Of a stretch of DNA of 64,000 nucleotides, positions 44,118 to 54,217 are shown piece after piece (positions within the stretch are counted from its first letter, which is position 1; every line of letters starts with the position of its first letter). The stretch comes from Nitrosopumilus sp. (GTDB lineage: Archaea; Thermoproteota; Nitrososphaeria; Nitrososphaerales; Nitrosopumilaceae), in assembly GCA_965207445.1 (NCBI GenBank), contig CBDBLX010000002.1:384001-448000 (forward strand), written 5' to 3'. The notes under the pieces were generated by a model. The model was not told the origin of the DNA. It did no database searches and saw nothing but the letters and a program-made list of their open reading frames with translations. Made by a program: the position numbers and the translations under genes.

Positions 44118-45185
44118 ATGAATTTGACAGACAATATAGAATCCTATCAACAAGTATACCGAACGACGCCTGCACGTACAGGTAAGATGATGGCAATAAT
44201 GCTTGGTATCTGTATTGTTGGTGGTGCAATATTTTTTGCAATGTGGGATTATTGGATATCAGAACCTGCACCGGTAGTTGCTATGATGGCAAGTAGCGGT
44301 GATGGGGGGTCAGCTGATGCTGCTGGTAGTTCTACTGCTACAGTGCAGACTGGTGAGACTATACCTGTTGATCTTGTGTTTGTAGAAGGGGATGACTTTA
44401 TCACAATGGCATTCAACGCACTGCCTGGTGAGGAAGGAAATAATCCTCAGATTGACATGAATGTAGGTGACAAGTTAGAATTTAATATAGTGAGTAGCGG
44501 GGTATCATTTCATGCGTTTGGTGTGACAAAGGATACTGAAGGCGTTGGTAATATTATACCTGGAACTGAGGTCGGTTCTATGAGTGCCCCGTTGCGAGAT
44601 GGCGATTCTGGAAGCTCAGAATTTATTGCAGGTGAGGAGGGAACATTTTATTACATTTGTACTGTGCCAGGGCATAGAGCGCAAGGAATGGAAGGCTTGA
44701 TTGTGGTGGGTCCTGGAGATGGTGGCGATGCTGCTGGTGGTGGTGATGATGATAATGGTAGTAGCAGCAGCGCAAGTCGACCAACCGATCAGGATCATGC
44801 AAAATATCATGATTCACCAACTGGTGTATCACACGAGTTCCAACTTGACTTTGTAGAGTCTGATGACTTTAGAACTTTTGGTTTTAATGGGTTAGAGGGT
44901 GATGAGGGTGCAAACCCGGAGATTGTTGTAAATGCCGGTGATGAGATTACCGTCTCTGCTATAAATACTGGCGTGTCTTTTCACTCTTTTGGTGTAGTGT
45001 ATGCTCCAGAGGATTTCAACAATGTGTTGTGGGACTCTGAAATTGGCTCATTTACTAGCCCACTAAAGGCAGGTGAGGATGGTACCGTCACGTTCTTGGC
45101 CGGTGCACCTGGCAAGTATCATTACATATGCACAGTACCTGGACATGCATTGCAGGGTATGCAGGGCGTATTTATAGTGGAATAG
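44118..45185 (+). CDS. Membrane-anchored blue copper protein with two cupredoxin domains
   Basis: Two H...CTVPGHxxQGM type-1 copper sites. Confidence 0.92.
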   Translation: MNLTDNIESYQQVYRTTPARTGKMMAIMLGICIVGGAIFFAMWDYWISEPAPVVAMMASSGDGGSADAAGSSTATVQTGETIPVDLVFVEGDDFITMAFNALPGEEGNNPQIDMNVGDKLEFNIVSSGVSFHAFGVTKDTEGVGNIIPGTEVGSMSAPLRDGDSGSSEFIAGEEGTFYYICTVPGHRAQGMEGLIVVGPGDGGDAAGGGDDDNGSSSSASRPTDQDHAKYHDSPTGVSHEFQLDFVESDDFRTFGFNGLEGDEGANPEIVVNAGDEITVSAINTGVSFHSFGVVYAPEDFNNVLWDSEIGSFTSPLKAGEDGTVTFLAGAPGKYHYICTVPGHALQGMQGVFIVE

Positions 45186-45187
45186 AC

Positions 45188-45637
45188 TTGGCTGTACAAT
45201 ATCTGGCATTATCAAGTATGATCGTACTGTACTCGTTGATGTTTCTTGGTGGGTACATATCTGCAGCAGGATTAGGTTTAACATGTCCTGAATGGCCCCT
45301 GTGCCCTGATGGCATAATGCCATCTGAGGAATATCTGATTGAGTGGATACATAGATTGGCCGCTGCTACGACAGGCGCACTGATTGTGGCTACCATGATT
45401 GCAGTTTACTTGAACAAGAATGCAGATACCAAGATTAAAGCTGTCAGCTCACTTGCAACTGTATTTGTAATAACTCAGATCACGTTAGGTGCGCTTGTAA
45501 TTGACTTGAAACTACATGCTGTACTAGTTGCAATTCATCTTGGAATAGGCATATTGCTCTTCTCTATGGTATTGTTAACTACATTGTTTGCATTTCGTAT
45601 ATCATCTAGCACACATCGTCCCATAACTACTGTTTAG
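45188..45637 (+). CDS. ctaA: Heme A synthase (short COX15/CtaA type)
   Basis: GLTCPEWPLC, EWIHR, QITLG, AIHL; start at TTG 45188. Confidence 0.9.
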   Translation: MAVQYLALSSMIVLYSLMFLGGYISAAGLGLTCPEWPLCPDGIMPSEEYLIEWIHRLAAATTGALIVATMIAVYLNKNADTKIKAVSSLATVFVITQITLGALVIDLKLHAVLVAIHLGIGILLFSMVLLTTLFAFRISSSTHRPITTV

Positions 45638-45665
45638 GATTGTTGTTGTTTGTAGTGGTGTGTGG

Positions 45666-45735
45666 GTGTGAACCAAGCTCTGTGTGTGGAAAATGGTGTT
45701 TGGTGGATTTTCTAGGCATGGAGCTTGGTTCACAC
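45666..45735. mobile_element. 70-bp minimal family C MITE
   Basis: Perfect TIR gtgtgaaccaagctc / gagcttggttcacac. Confidence 0.8.
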
Positions 45736-46173
45736 GAGTGAATACATGACTCACGCCTATTCTACAACCGTCAGGCTCAACCACGTGCAAATCAACGATC
45801 CTCAGACTGGAGTTCTGATAAAGACAATTACATCCGAACCGATCAAAGAAGAGTGGCTGCAAAACAATAGTGTCTAAGATTAGTCCATGAGGTGCTTTAT
45901 ATAGAATTTCATAGATATATTATCAGACTTGATTGACAAGACACATGAACCAAACTATTCTGATGAGAGACTTGACGGTGTGCTTGATCCAATGCCAGTC
46001 TTCAAAGAAACTACTTCGGGACTGGCCTCTGCGTACCAGCTTGTGGACTATTCTACTGCCGATGTAAAGTTCATCTCTGAGTCGACTGATGCGTCATATC
46101 TACCGAATCTCACCTGTGACTAGCGTTTGTTCAAGTTGCATACAAGTATGATATTACACTCTACAGCACCATC

Positions 46174-46377
46174 ATGTGAACCAACCTTCCTGATTGATAT
46201 ACTCATTTTAAATTCGAATATAACATGTAAAATTAATTTAGATTTTTAGGTTTTGTAATAATATATCTTTTCATATTTAAATTAATCTATCTTAATCATT
46301 GGAAATAATAAATACATTTATATGATCAAAGTGTTTTATCAACACTATGAGTTAAAAAAGACCAGACAAAACAGATG
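46174..46377. mobile_element. One-ended fragment of the family C element
   Basis: Reverse-complement similarity to ~32238-32440. Confidence 0.7.
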
Positions 46378-46402
46378 ATGCATGTATTAAATTAAAAATA
46401 AA

Positions 46403-46551
46403 GTATGAACCAAGCTCTTTGGATGCAATAATTAAATCACATACTTGTATTTGGTCACATCCCTGCCTGTATATTGAGTATCATATATGCGATGCATTTG
46501 ACTAGGAGTTATTTTTGAATGATTATATTTGTCATGGAGCTTGACTCAGAC
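46403..46551. mobile_element. ~149-bp family C MITE (inverted), overlapping a gene end
   Basis: Reverse-complement homolog of 29551-29699. Confidence 0.75.
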
Positions 46552-47124
46552 TCTTTTTTTACCCTTTAGCAATTTTGGTAAATATATGTACATCATCACT
46601 ACTGTAAAACTAATTGCGCCAATTGTAATTGCAATTATGAATATGTATCCAAATGGACTTTGTGTTCCCATGTTAAATGTATATGTAGTGACACCTGGTT
46701 TATCTATCATATCATAAAGATCCACCATCACAATGTGGTTTCCTTGATTGCGCCACACATACGTAAAGTCCCAATGTCCGCCTTCAATTGCTGTAGGTGG
46801 TATGGCGTCTATCTGTTGGTTGTTAAAGGTGAACCTAATACCCATTCTGAACCTGTCAACTTCTTCAAAGTCTGAGTCTGTAACCCTAACTAGAAACATG
46901 GATGGTTCATTAATCTGCGGAAATTCTGGGGCAGTGGCAACTTGGACCCTATACCCTGCAATGAATTTTTCAGCAGAGTTGAACATAGAGTGGCCGAATG
47001 CCTCATTATTATTATTATTATCATCATCATATGTGACTAGTAATATTGCCCCAAATATGCATAGTGTTGCTACAACGACACAATACTTGATAGATAATGT
47101 GAGGCCAACTTTTTCTCTTACCAT
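46546..47124 (-). CDS. Conserved exported protein with C-terminal TM anchor
   Basis: Signal peptide, AFG|HSMFNS, C-terminal TM helix and basic tail; start reassigned to ATG 47124. Confidence 0.75.
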   Translation of the reverse strand: MVREKVGLTLSIKYCVVVATLCIFGAILLVTYDDDNNNNNEAFGHSMFNSAEKFIAGYRVQVATAPEFPQINEPSMFLVRVTDSDFEEVDRFRMGIRFTFNNQQIDAIPPTAIEGGHWDFTYVWRNQGNHIVMVDLYDMIDKPGVTTYTFNMGTQSPFGYIFIIAITIGAISFTVVMMYIYLPKLLKGKKRV

Positions 47125-47179
47125 GTTGTCTTTTGAAATCTTCAAAAGCTTTAAATCCTTATTGCCAAGAATCGAATTG

Positions 47180-47800
47180 TTGACACTTGTCACCAAATCC
47201 ATCGATGTAAAGGTTCCAGTTGATAACGTCTTTACGTACTTTGCACGTCCAGAGCACGTATCGGATCAGATGAAAAATGAGACTGTTGGTATGACCGTTG
47301 TACCGATGGATATCAAAGAAGGAATGGGCGTCGGAACTACGTTTCGTGTAATTGGCGACTTTGGCGGTAAACGTCTAGAGTGGGACTGTGAGACGACAGA
47401 GTTCATACGCAACAAAAGAATATCTGCAAAACAGACTGATGGTCCGTTCAAAAAGTGGATAATCACAAACGAGTTTGAAGAACTAGGAGCAAATCTAACC
47501 AGAGTTACAATGTCAGTTGACTATGATATGCCATTTGGTCCACTAGGGGCCATTGTCGACAAGGCAAAATTTGCAAAGTCTGCTGAACGTGGTATGGAGA
47601 CTGCACTGTACAATGTACGTGGACTCTTGGAAGGGAATGGTTCTATTCCGGTGTATATCACGCTGGATTCTTACCAAAGGTTGCTTAAAGTAAAAAAAGA
47701 GATGAATGACGTACCTGTATCTACAGCATTGACTGCTATAATACAAAAGTACAATGAATCTCAAAGCGCAGAAACAGCAACAGCCACAATCTCAAAATAA
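47180..47800 (+). CDS. SRPBCC / polyketide-cyclase-like protein
   Basis: TKSIDVKVPVDNVFTY, GVGTTF, GPFKKW, YDMPFGPLG; start at TTG 47180. Confidence 0.88.
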   Translation: MTLVTKSIDVKVPVDNVFTYFARPEHVSDQMKNETVGMTVVPMDIKEGMGVGTTFRVIGDFGGKRLEWDCETTEFIRNKRISAKQTDGPFKKWIITNEFEELGANLTRVTMSVDYDMPFGPLGAIVDKAKFAKSAERGMETALYNVRGLLEGNGSIPVYITLDSYQRLLKVKKEMNDVPVSTALTAIIQKYNESQSAETATATISK

Positions 47801-47943
47801 GACTATACTATACAACAACTCTATCTATTTTATCTTTGTGTTTTAATGAATTTAGATTTAAAATATATTCTTATAATTTTATCAAATATTTTGTTTGATG
47901 TAATCTTAAGATTATAATACCATTTTTTTTAATAATATTTAGT

Positions 47944-48017
47944 GGGTCTATGGCGCAGCCAGGTAGCGCACAGGACTCTTAATCCTGCTGTCGTGGGTTC
48001 GAATCCCTCTAGACCCG
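47944..48017 (+). tRNA. tRNA-Lys(CTT)
   Basis: Acceptor GGGTCTA/TAGACCC, D arm GCGC/GCGC, anticodon arm CAGGA-CTCTTAA-TCCTG, T loop TTCGAAT; no intron, CCA not encoded. Confidence 0.97.
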
Positions 48018-48573
48018 CTAATTTATCTATTCATATAGAATTAGTGATTGGATTGTGCCACATACAACAAACATGTATGTATTCGTATGGGGTGAATGGA
48101 GGTTGGTGTGTAATTCATCAAATCGCCACCTGCATCGTGCTTGCAGTCATCTGGAAATATCGCCAGAGTTTTATATGTATAAATTAAATTATTCAATAAT
48201 CTCATAGAAGGGTCACAGGCAGGCTAATGTCAATTACGCACCAATCTCGCATATCTACACTGCATAATGGCACATTGTATAGGTTAAACACAAATATGGA
48301 GATATGTGTATGTACTCACAAAATGCCAAGGCGTCTCCCACACCATGTTTTGCGCGTACACTTTGTAGGCTTGGAAGCACGGCCTGCTTATGGCTTGTTG
48401 TAGGCGTGACTTGACACCCCCCGCTGGCATCATATCTTGAGGCAGACAGTCTTCCTGTCCAGTTTACAGAACATTTGAGTGGCTTTGAATCGTGTAACGT
48501 AGGTTGCGCGGCTCAGACCACATGGCCACGACCCCAGAGGAGTATAAATTTACGAGTTATGCAACACGCTAGA
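48002..48573 (+). repeat. ~570-bp direct repeat, copy 1 (begins inside the tRNA 3' end)
   Basis: Matches 52837-53407 with about a dozen substitutions and one indel. Confidence 0.95.
48098..48248. mobile_element. ~150-bp MITE derived from the family B IS (second copy ~52933-53083)
   Basis: Left and right ends of 59480-61175 joined together. Confidence 0.85.
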
Positions 48574-48834
48574 TACATCGACTTTGTTAAATAATCTATC
48601 TGTAACTATCTTTTGTTGCTGTATACATTTACTCATTTTTTCTCTATATGAGTAAATGACAGCATACGTATTTAACTACCCATATACTTTTTTTACACTA
48701 TCTTACAATTTCAGTGATTTGTAATGATGGTGGTGGTGGTGGTGCGTGTCCATGCCTAGTCCACGTGGTATAGAGAAGGGGGGAGGTGACACGTTACGAT
48801 GGCGCCGAAATCATTAAAAAATAAAAAAAGAAGT

Positions 48835-49464
48835 TTAGAGGGCCGATGCCACTTTCATCAGATCTGACAATGTATAGGCAGTCGAGATCAGTTCTATTTG
48901 GATCCTGCCGTCATGGAAGATCAGTTTTGATGTCATTCCGTGTTCGGGATCCCCGTCCACGCCAATGGCGTCAAAACCGTTTACCACTACACTCTGTGTG
49001 TAAGGCCGTTCCTTCAGGAAGTCTACGCGCCACTTTTCAATGTTGAAGCCATCGCGCTCTTTGTCATACAATATGATGATCCCGTGAGAGTCCATCACGT
49101 CTGCAAATGTCTCGAGTTTGTTGTAGTCTATGGATTCCGGCCCGTAGATCACCGCTGCCAGACTGGCCCTTTCTGATCCCGTTCCCCTGGTCATCAACGC
49201 CTTGACTTCCAGACCGGCTGGAAGCAGTGTGGATTCCGTTACCTTGTAACCCGCCTTTACGGACAGTGCCTCGACGTTTGGATATGCATCCCCGTAGTTT
49301 CCCAGCTTGTAGGAGTACGGCATCTTGGCGGCTGCAAGCGACTCGGAATACTTTCCAAGATACGGCAAGTCTTGCGTTTGCTGCGAGTCCTGCATCCAAA
49401 CAAGCCCGATGCCAGCAATCCCGACTGAGACTACCAGCGCCGCAATCGTGGCTTTTTTCAGCAA
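48835..49464 (-). CDS. Cassette 1 partner: single-TM protein with DUF4367-like extracellular domain
   Basis: TTG start overlaps the upstream stop; LLPAGLEV, VVVNGFDA and LSDLMKVASAL patterns. Confidence 0.7.
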   Translation of the reverse strand: MLKKATIAALVVSVGIAGIGLVWMQDSQQTQDLPYLGKYSESLAAAKMPYSYKLGNYGDAYPNVEALSVKAGYKVTESTLLPAGLEVKALMTRGTGSERASLAAVIYGPESIDYNKLETFADVMDSHGIIILYDKERDGFNIEKWRVDFLKERPYTQSVVVNGFDAIGVDGDPEHGMTSKLIFHDGRIQIELISTAYTLSDLMKVASAL

Positions 49465-50183
49465 GTCTCTGACCCTCCTATACCGACCTTGATGTTCTTG
49501 TAGGCGGGCGTGCACTGGGTTATGAACGCGTCGTTTTCTTCGTGTTCGATATCGTTGTCCGTCCAGTAGCTCCACCTAGAACCGTCATGCCACTGTATGT
49601 ATCTCACGTCTGTTTTGGGGACCGACGTATCATCGTCCTTGGATTCTACTCCAGTGATTACGTTCCCATAGTCATAGCTCATGATTAGGCCGGCGCGTCG
49701 GGCACCGTCTGCATATGCCAGCCACTTTTCGTCCTTGTTTGTGTCTGATATCTCGTAGTATATGTTGTCAGACGGGCTGACAGAACCGGTCAATCTGTAT
49801 TCATAATAGCGCCCATCTTGCTGATATGCCAGATAGTGAAATTCATCTGAGTTGTGACATGTTCCGTTTACGTTGCCCGATACGACTCCGATTTCTATCC
49901 ACTCGTCGTTGGGAAAGACAACCCAAGTAGCTACCAGTGAGAACCCTACACCGTTTGGCGAGCATGAATCTGATACTGTTATGTCGGGAACAGTCACTCT
50001 TGCTTTGACGCCTGATATCGGAGATGAGTCCGTACTGTGGAGTTCTTGGGTTCCAATGCAGTGTGCTTCCCACCACCCACTCGTGCAGTCTTCAGTAGAA
50101 GCCGAGCTGGCCGAAGGGATCAATGCCACCCCCAACAGGATTGGAAGCACAGTCAAGATTGTTTTGGTATGTTTTGCAATCAT
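49458..50183 (-). CDS. Cassette 1 secreted protein, neprosin-like (putative glutamic peptidase)
   Basis: Signal peptide; SGVKARVTV, EWIEIG and TGVES motifs; six Cys. Confidence 0.6.
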   Translation of the reverse strand: MIAKHTKTILTVLPILLGVALIPSASSASTEDCTSGWWEAHCIGTQELHSTDSSPISGVKARVTVPDITVSDSCSPNGVGFSLVATWVVFPNDEWIEIGVVSGNVNGTCHNSDEFHYLAYQQDGRYYEYRLTGSVSPSDNIYYEISDTNKDEKWLAYADGARRAGLIMSYDYGNVITGVESKDDDTSVPKTDVRYIQWHDGSRWSYWTDNDIEHEENDAFITQCTPAYKNIKVGIGGSETC

Positions 50184-50204
50184 TATGTACACTTGCACCC
50201 TACG

Positions 50205-50243
50205 TTATATAAGGCGGCATATCCAAATATGGAGTGCCTTTTG
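50205..50243 (-). promoter_or_regulatory. Shared cassette promoter 1
   Basis: CAAAAGGCACTCC-N18-TTATATAA. Confidence 0.8.
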
Positions 50244-50683
50244 GCCGCGGATTCAGGCATGCAATACGGCAGCCACGGTATGTACTGGCAACTGGGCCGG
50301 GGCCGTACGGCACTGATCTGTCGATAGCTTTCATATGACATGGTAGGATCTATCCCGCTTCTTCCAACACTTTTTCCAGAGAAGAGATACTGGCATACGG
50401 AACGTGTTGAAAATGACTAGATTCTGTAGCTTTTCTGTCCGGTGGGCCTCGGAATGGTCGGACACTAGATCACCAGCAACAGCAATAGCAACAATAGGTT
50501 CATGGCAGCCATCAGAAACGGTATCACGGGAGCAGCTACTATTACCAGCCGTCCTGCCTTTGCGCCTATCTTCCACACGGGGGCACCGGCGGCCGGACTG
50601 TGGGCGATCCAAACTGGATGGCGGTAAACGTGCAAAGATAACAAAGATTTCTTTGTCACCTTTGTACTTGCCAAACCCGCGGC

Positions 50684-50722
50684 CAAAAGGCATTCCAGAT
50701 CAGGATAGGCCTCATTATATAA
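50684..50722 (+). promoter_or_regulatory. Shared cassette promoter 2
   Basis: CAAAAGGCATTCC-N18-TTATATAA. Confidence 0.8.
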
Positions 50723-50743
50723 TGCAAAGTGTGAGGGTGTACA

Positions 50744-51765
50744 ATGAATGCAAAACGAGCAAAGACATCTTGTTTGCTTCCTTGATCGTCGCAGTGGTTA
50801 TTCCACTTTCAACGATGGGCGCAGTGGATGCAAAACAGTCTGAAGACAAAATACCTGACGATAAACTGATCCCAAGAGATCCTGCAAAATGGGTTTTACA
50901 ATACGAGAATAAGCAGAAATTTGATGGGTATGAAAACGCTATCAAGATATACGTCGAATCTGCACAAAAAGACAACAAGTGGAATCAGGTAATGGCCAAA
51001 GAACACATACGATTGCACAACCTAGACACCAAAGTAGGCGAGATCGGCGCGGGACTACAAGCAGTGTTGGTGGACGTTGAGCATCAACAGAACCTAGGAG
51101 TATATGATCCTACCGAGGCTGAGAGAAGATACCACCAATGGGCTTTCGAACTATACCCAAACCCAACAATGCACCCAGAGATCAAGAATGTCTGGCTAGA
51201 ACAGATAGTAAAGTCACACAACAGCATAGCAAATCATGGAAACGTGCCGTCTGAACTCTCATTACGAGACCCCGAGTTTTGGATAATGACTGCAAATGAA
51301 TCAATGTGTCAATACGTTGATTGCACACAAGATATTCCAGACTCAGATCCAATCACGAATTTTGTACAAAAATACATAATTCCAAACGCACATGCATACA
51401 AAGTCAACACGTGGCACATTATGAATGGCTACATCTACACACACAGTTGTGAGGGCCAAACCGGAGGATGTATGTTCACTTTGGATACAAAAAGCGGCGT
51501 AGGCACACTGAGTTCTAGCAAGACAACTGCAAGATCTTACGATTCTGACGCAATAGTATATGCCTCAAACTGTTCACCATACTACACTACAGCGCACAAC
51601 ACACTCGATGGTGACTTGACAAGCGGTGTGCAGGAATGGTCATGGAACGACAGCAGCGATACAAGTTGCGCGGTAATATATGAGATACAAGAGATAGCGC
51701 AAAACCCACATGCGTCATTTTTTGCGACTTGGACTATTGAATCAGAGACTACTATAGAAAATTGA
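50744..51765 (+). CDS. Cassette 2 secreted precursor (family X); probable 1-nt deletion near codon 8
   Basis: Signal peptide ILFASLIVAVVIPLSTMGAVDA; homologous to 57754-59046; internal IIPNAHA. Confidence 0.7.
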
Positions 51766-52331
51766 ACCTCTCTCCCACTCTTTTTGTTGTTACCAAGAAA
51801 TATGAGTTATTGCCACTTGGCATGTTTGTCTTTGCGGTTTTGTTTTTAATAAGTTACAACACACTTGACACGTACTTTACAGTCACCGTTCCACTGCAAC
51901 ATGCAGTCCAGCTGGATTATGTCGGAGAGTACCACTATGATCCGACGGACGACCCGCAGTCAGACATTGGTACGGTCACTCACGTAAAGGCGATAGGTGA
52001 AGATTACATAGAGGTTCAGTTTACAGATAATGATTTTTTTGTAGGTTCGTATAGAATACCGGAATTTGTACATACCGAAACCATAAGAAAGGGAGACGTG
52101 TTCGTAGAGACATGCCTAAACTTTGATTCCGGTGTGAGTCTGGGGCTTTTGACGTATATGGGCGTCGAAGAATATGACGGAAAAGATCACTACAAGTTCT
52201 TTCGTACGAGCGCAGACACGGACAAGGAGCTACAATGCAAATATCCTCAAGTCATCATAGAAAGCCTGAAGATTGACTTGGACATTACAATACCACAAGG
52301 CAAGATCCTCACTATCGTACTTGAAGAGTAG
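51762..52331 (+). CDS. Cassette 2 partner: single-TM protein with a two-Cys extracellular domain
   Basis: 4-nt overlap with the upstream stop; N-terminal TM helix. Confidence 0.75.
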   Translation: MNLSPTLFVVTKKYELLPLGMFVFAVLFLISYNTLDTYFTVTVPLQHAVQLDYVGEYHYDPTDDPQSDIGTVTHVKAIGEDYIEVQFTDNDFFVGSYRIPEFVHTETIRKGDVFVETCLNFDSGVSLGLLTYMGVEEYDGKDHYKFFRTSADTDKELQCKYPQVIIESLKIDLDITIPQGKILTIVLEE

Positions 52332-52836
52332 AAAGATTTTTCCAGTGCGCTGGAATGTATCCTACAAATTCTAGCTGGAAATTAGTGACAATCTAGTGTC
52401 AACGACGTATAATTCTGGGTTTTCACTTTGGCGTTCCTAGTTCTCCATACCTAGATTCTCACTCTATCGCACCTGTTTCTCAGGTGTGCCTAGAATACCG
52501 TAGATCATTCTGCAGTGGAAACGGCAGCACGGCGGCAGCAGACCGCGGCGGCTATCCTCAAAGAATCATAGAGCTTGTTGATTCTTTCCGGATATTATAT
52601 AGTCGGTGGTGGTGTGGGGCGTACCTGCATAGCAGACTGCTTGTTTTCAGTTTGAACGCTGCCGGCAACAACTGCCCTCCGCGCACTGTGTCCTCAATCC
52701 TGCTAGTTTGTCCTGCCTAACCACAACCGGTTCTGCCCGTTCCAGATTCCATATTCTTATTAGCTGGGTATTTGCTACCATATCACATGCAGGGTTCGAA
52801 TCCCCTAAAATCAGGACACTCCTGTTCTAGCTGGCT

Positions 52837-53407
52837 AATCCCTCTAGATTCGCTAATTTATCTATTCATATAGAATTAGTGATTGGATTGTGCCACATAC
52901 AACAAACATGTATGTATTCGTATGAGGTGAATGGAGGTTGGTGCGTAATTCATCAAATCGCCACCTGCATCGTGCTTGCAGTCATCTGGAAATATCGCCA
53001 GAGTTTTATATATATAAATTAAATTATTCAATAATCTCATAGAAGGGTCACAGGCAGGCTAATGTCAATTACGCACCAATCTCGCATATCTACACTGCAT
53101 AATGGCACATTGTATAGGTTAAACACAAATATGGAGATACGTGTATGTACTCACAAAATGCCAAGGCGTCTCCCACGCCATGTTTTGCGCGTACACTTTG
53201 TAGGCTTGGAAGCACGGCTTGCTTATGGCTTGTTGTAGGCGTGACTTGACACACCCGCTGGCATCATATCTTGAGGCAGACAGTCTTCTTGTCCAGTTTA
53301 CAGAACATTTGAGTGGCTTTGAATCGTGTAACGTAGGTTGCGCGGCTCAGACCACATGGCCATGACCCCAGAGGAGTATAAATTTACGAATTATGCAACA
53401 CGCTAGA
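52837..53407 (+). repeat. ~570-bp direct repeat, copy 2 (attR-like tRNA 3' fragment)
   Basis: Starts aatccctctagattcgcta, versus tRNA aatccctctagacccgcta. Confidence 0.95.
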
Positions 53408-53408
53408 A

Positions 53409-53592
53409 AATTGCGCAACGATTCATAAAGACAAGAATGATGCGTCCAGAATTGCGCAACGATTCATAAAGACAAGAATGATGCGTCGTTATTATAGTCA
53501 CTGCCGTCCATGCGAACGGCAGCGCGTATTTTGCCTATCGTTGTTTAGAACGATAGCGCGCATTTGGAACTGCCGTCCATGCGAACGGCAGT
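53409..53592. repeat. Iteron-like block: two 38-bp direct repeats plus three spaced palindromes
   Basis: Direct repeats at 53409-53446 and 53450-53487; CTGCCGT-N8-ACGGCAG twice, flanking CTATCGT-N8-ACGATAG. Confidence 0.85.
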
Positions 53593-53716
53593 GTGTATAA
53601 TACCTTATGCACCCCGGAGTCTCAATTTAAGCATTCTGATCCGCAGTCCGGTGTAGGTGCGCACCCACCACGTCCCGTCTTTTCGGCTACGCGGCGCACG
53701 TCTTGTAAGCGACATG

Positions 53717-53990
53717 CTATTCCGCCATCTTGTAGAGCCCGTTCGCGTTGCTCATCACGGGGTCGCCCGGGACTACCACCTTGAACTCCTTTAGCTTGGC
53801 GGCCAGCCTCTCCTGCATGCCGGGGATCAGCAATACCTCTCTCGAGAGCGCTACTGCATACCGGTTGCCGTACTGCCCGGACACGTCGTGTATCTCGCGG
53901 GCCAGGTTATCGGCCATTATCTTTGCGTACCTGTGGCACACGTCGTGGTTCCTGTGGAGCAGGTCCGTGTCGAGGTGGGCGTACCTGCCT
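53717..53990 (-). pseudogene. C-terminal remnant of an actin-like (ParM/StbA/MreB-type) ATPase
   Basis: AVALS(REV)LLIPGM...VVVPGDPVMSNANGLYKMA matches the adenosine and connect-2 regions; GC-rich and 5'-truncated. Confidence 0.6.
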
Positions 53991-54217
53991 ATCTTTCTAT
54001 ATAAACACTGATTAACTGTGTTTTCAAGAGAACATCCTTGCAGTCTTTAATAAATAATAAGAAAGTGCCATCAAGACTCAATTGCATTGATGGCTCTACG
54101 TATAATGGCTTTAATATCTGGGTCTGATATCTCAGCCTCACATTGACGTAACCCCGTTGTATCGTACATATAATACAAAATATGCCCACTTTTTTAAACA
54201 TTACTAAAACCCTATGT

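Noticed and set aside
46748..47179. N-terminal extension of the 350-aa SRPBCC ORF
   Set aside because: It is the antisense shadow of the 46546-47124 gene; the domain begins at TTG 47180.
50404..50721. N-terminal 106 aa of the 453-aa ORF
   Set aside because: It runs through the conserved promoter; the signal peptide starts after 50744.
48002..53407. Diversity-generating retroelement TR/VR pair
   Set aside because: Differences between the copies are not adenine-specific, the repeat is non-coding, and no reverse transcriptase is present.
53409..53592. Possible mini-CRISPR array
   Set aside because: The 38-bp repeats are only 3 nt apart and the palindromes have ~12-nt gaps, so there are no spacer-sized unique sequences; no cas genes are present.
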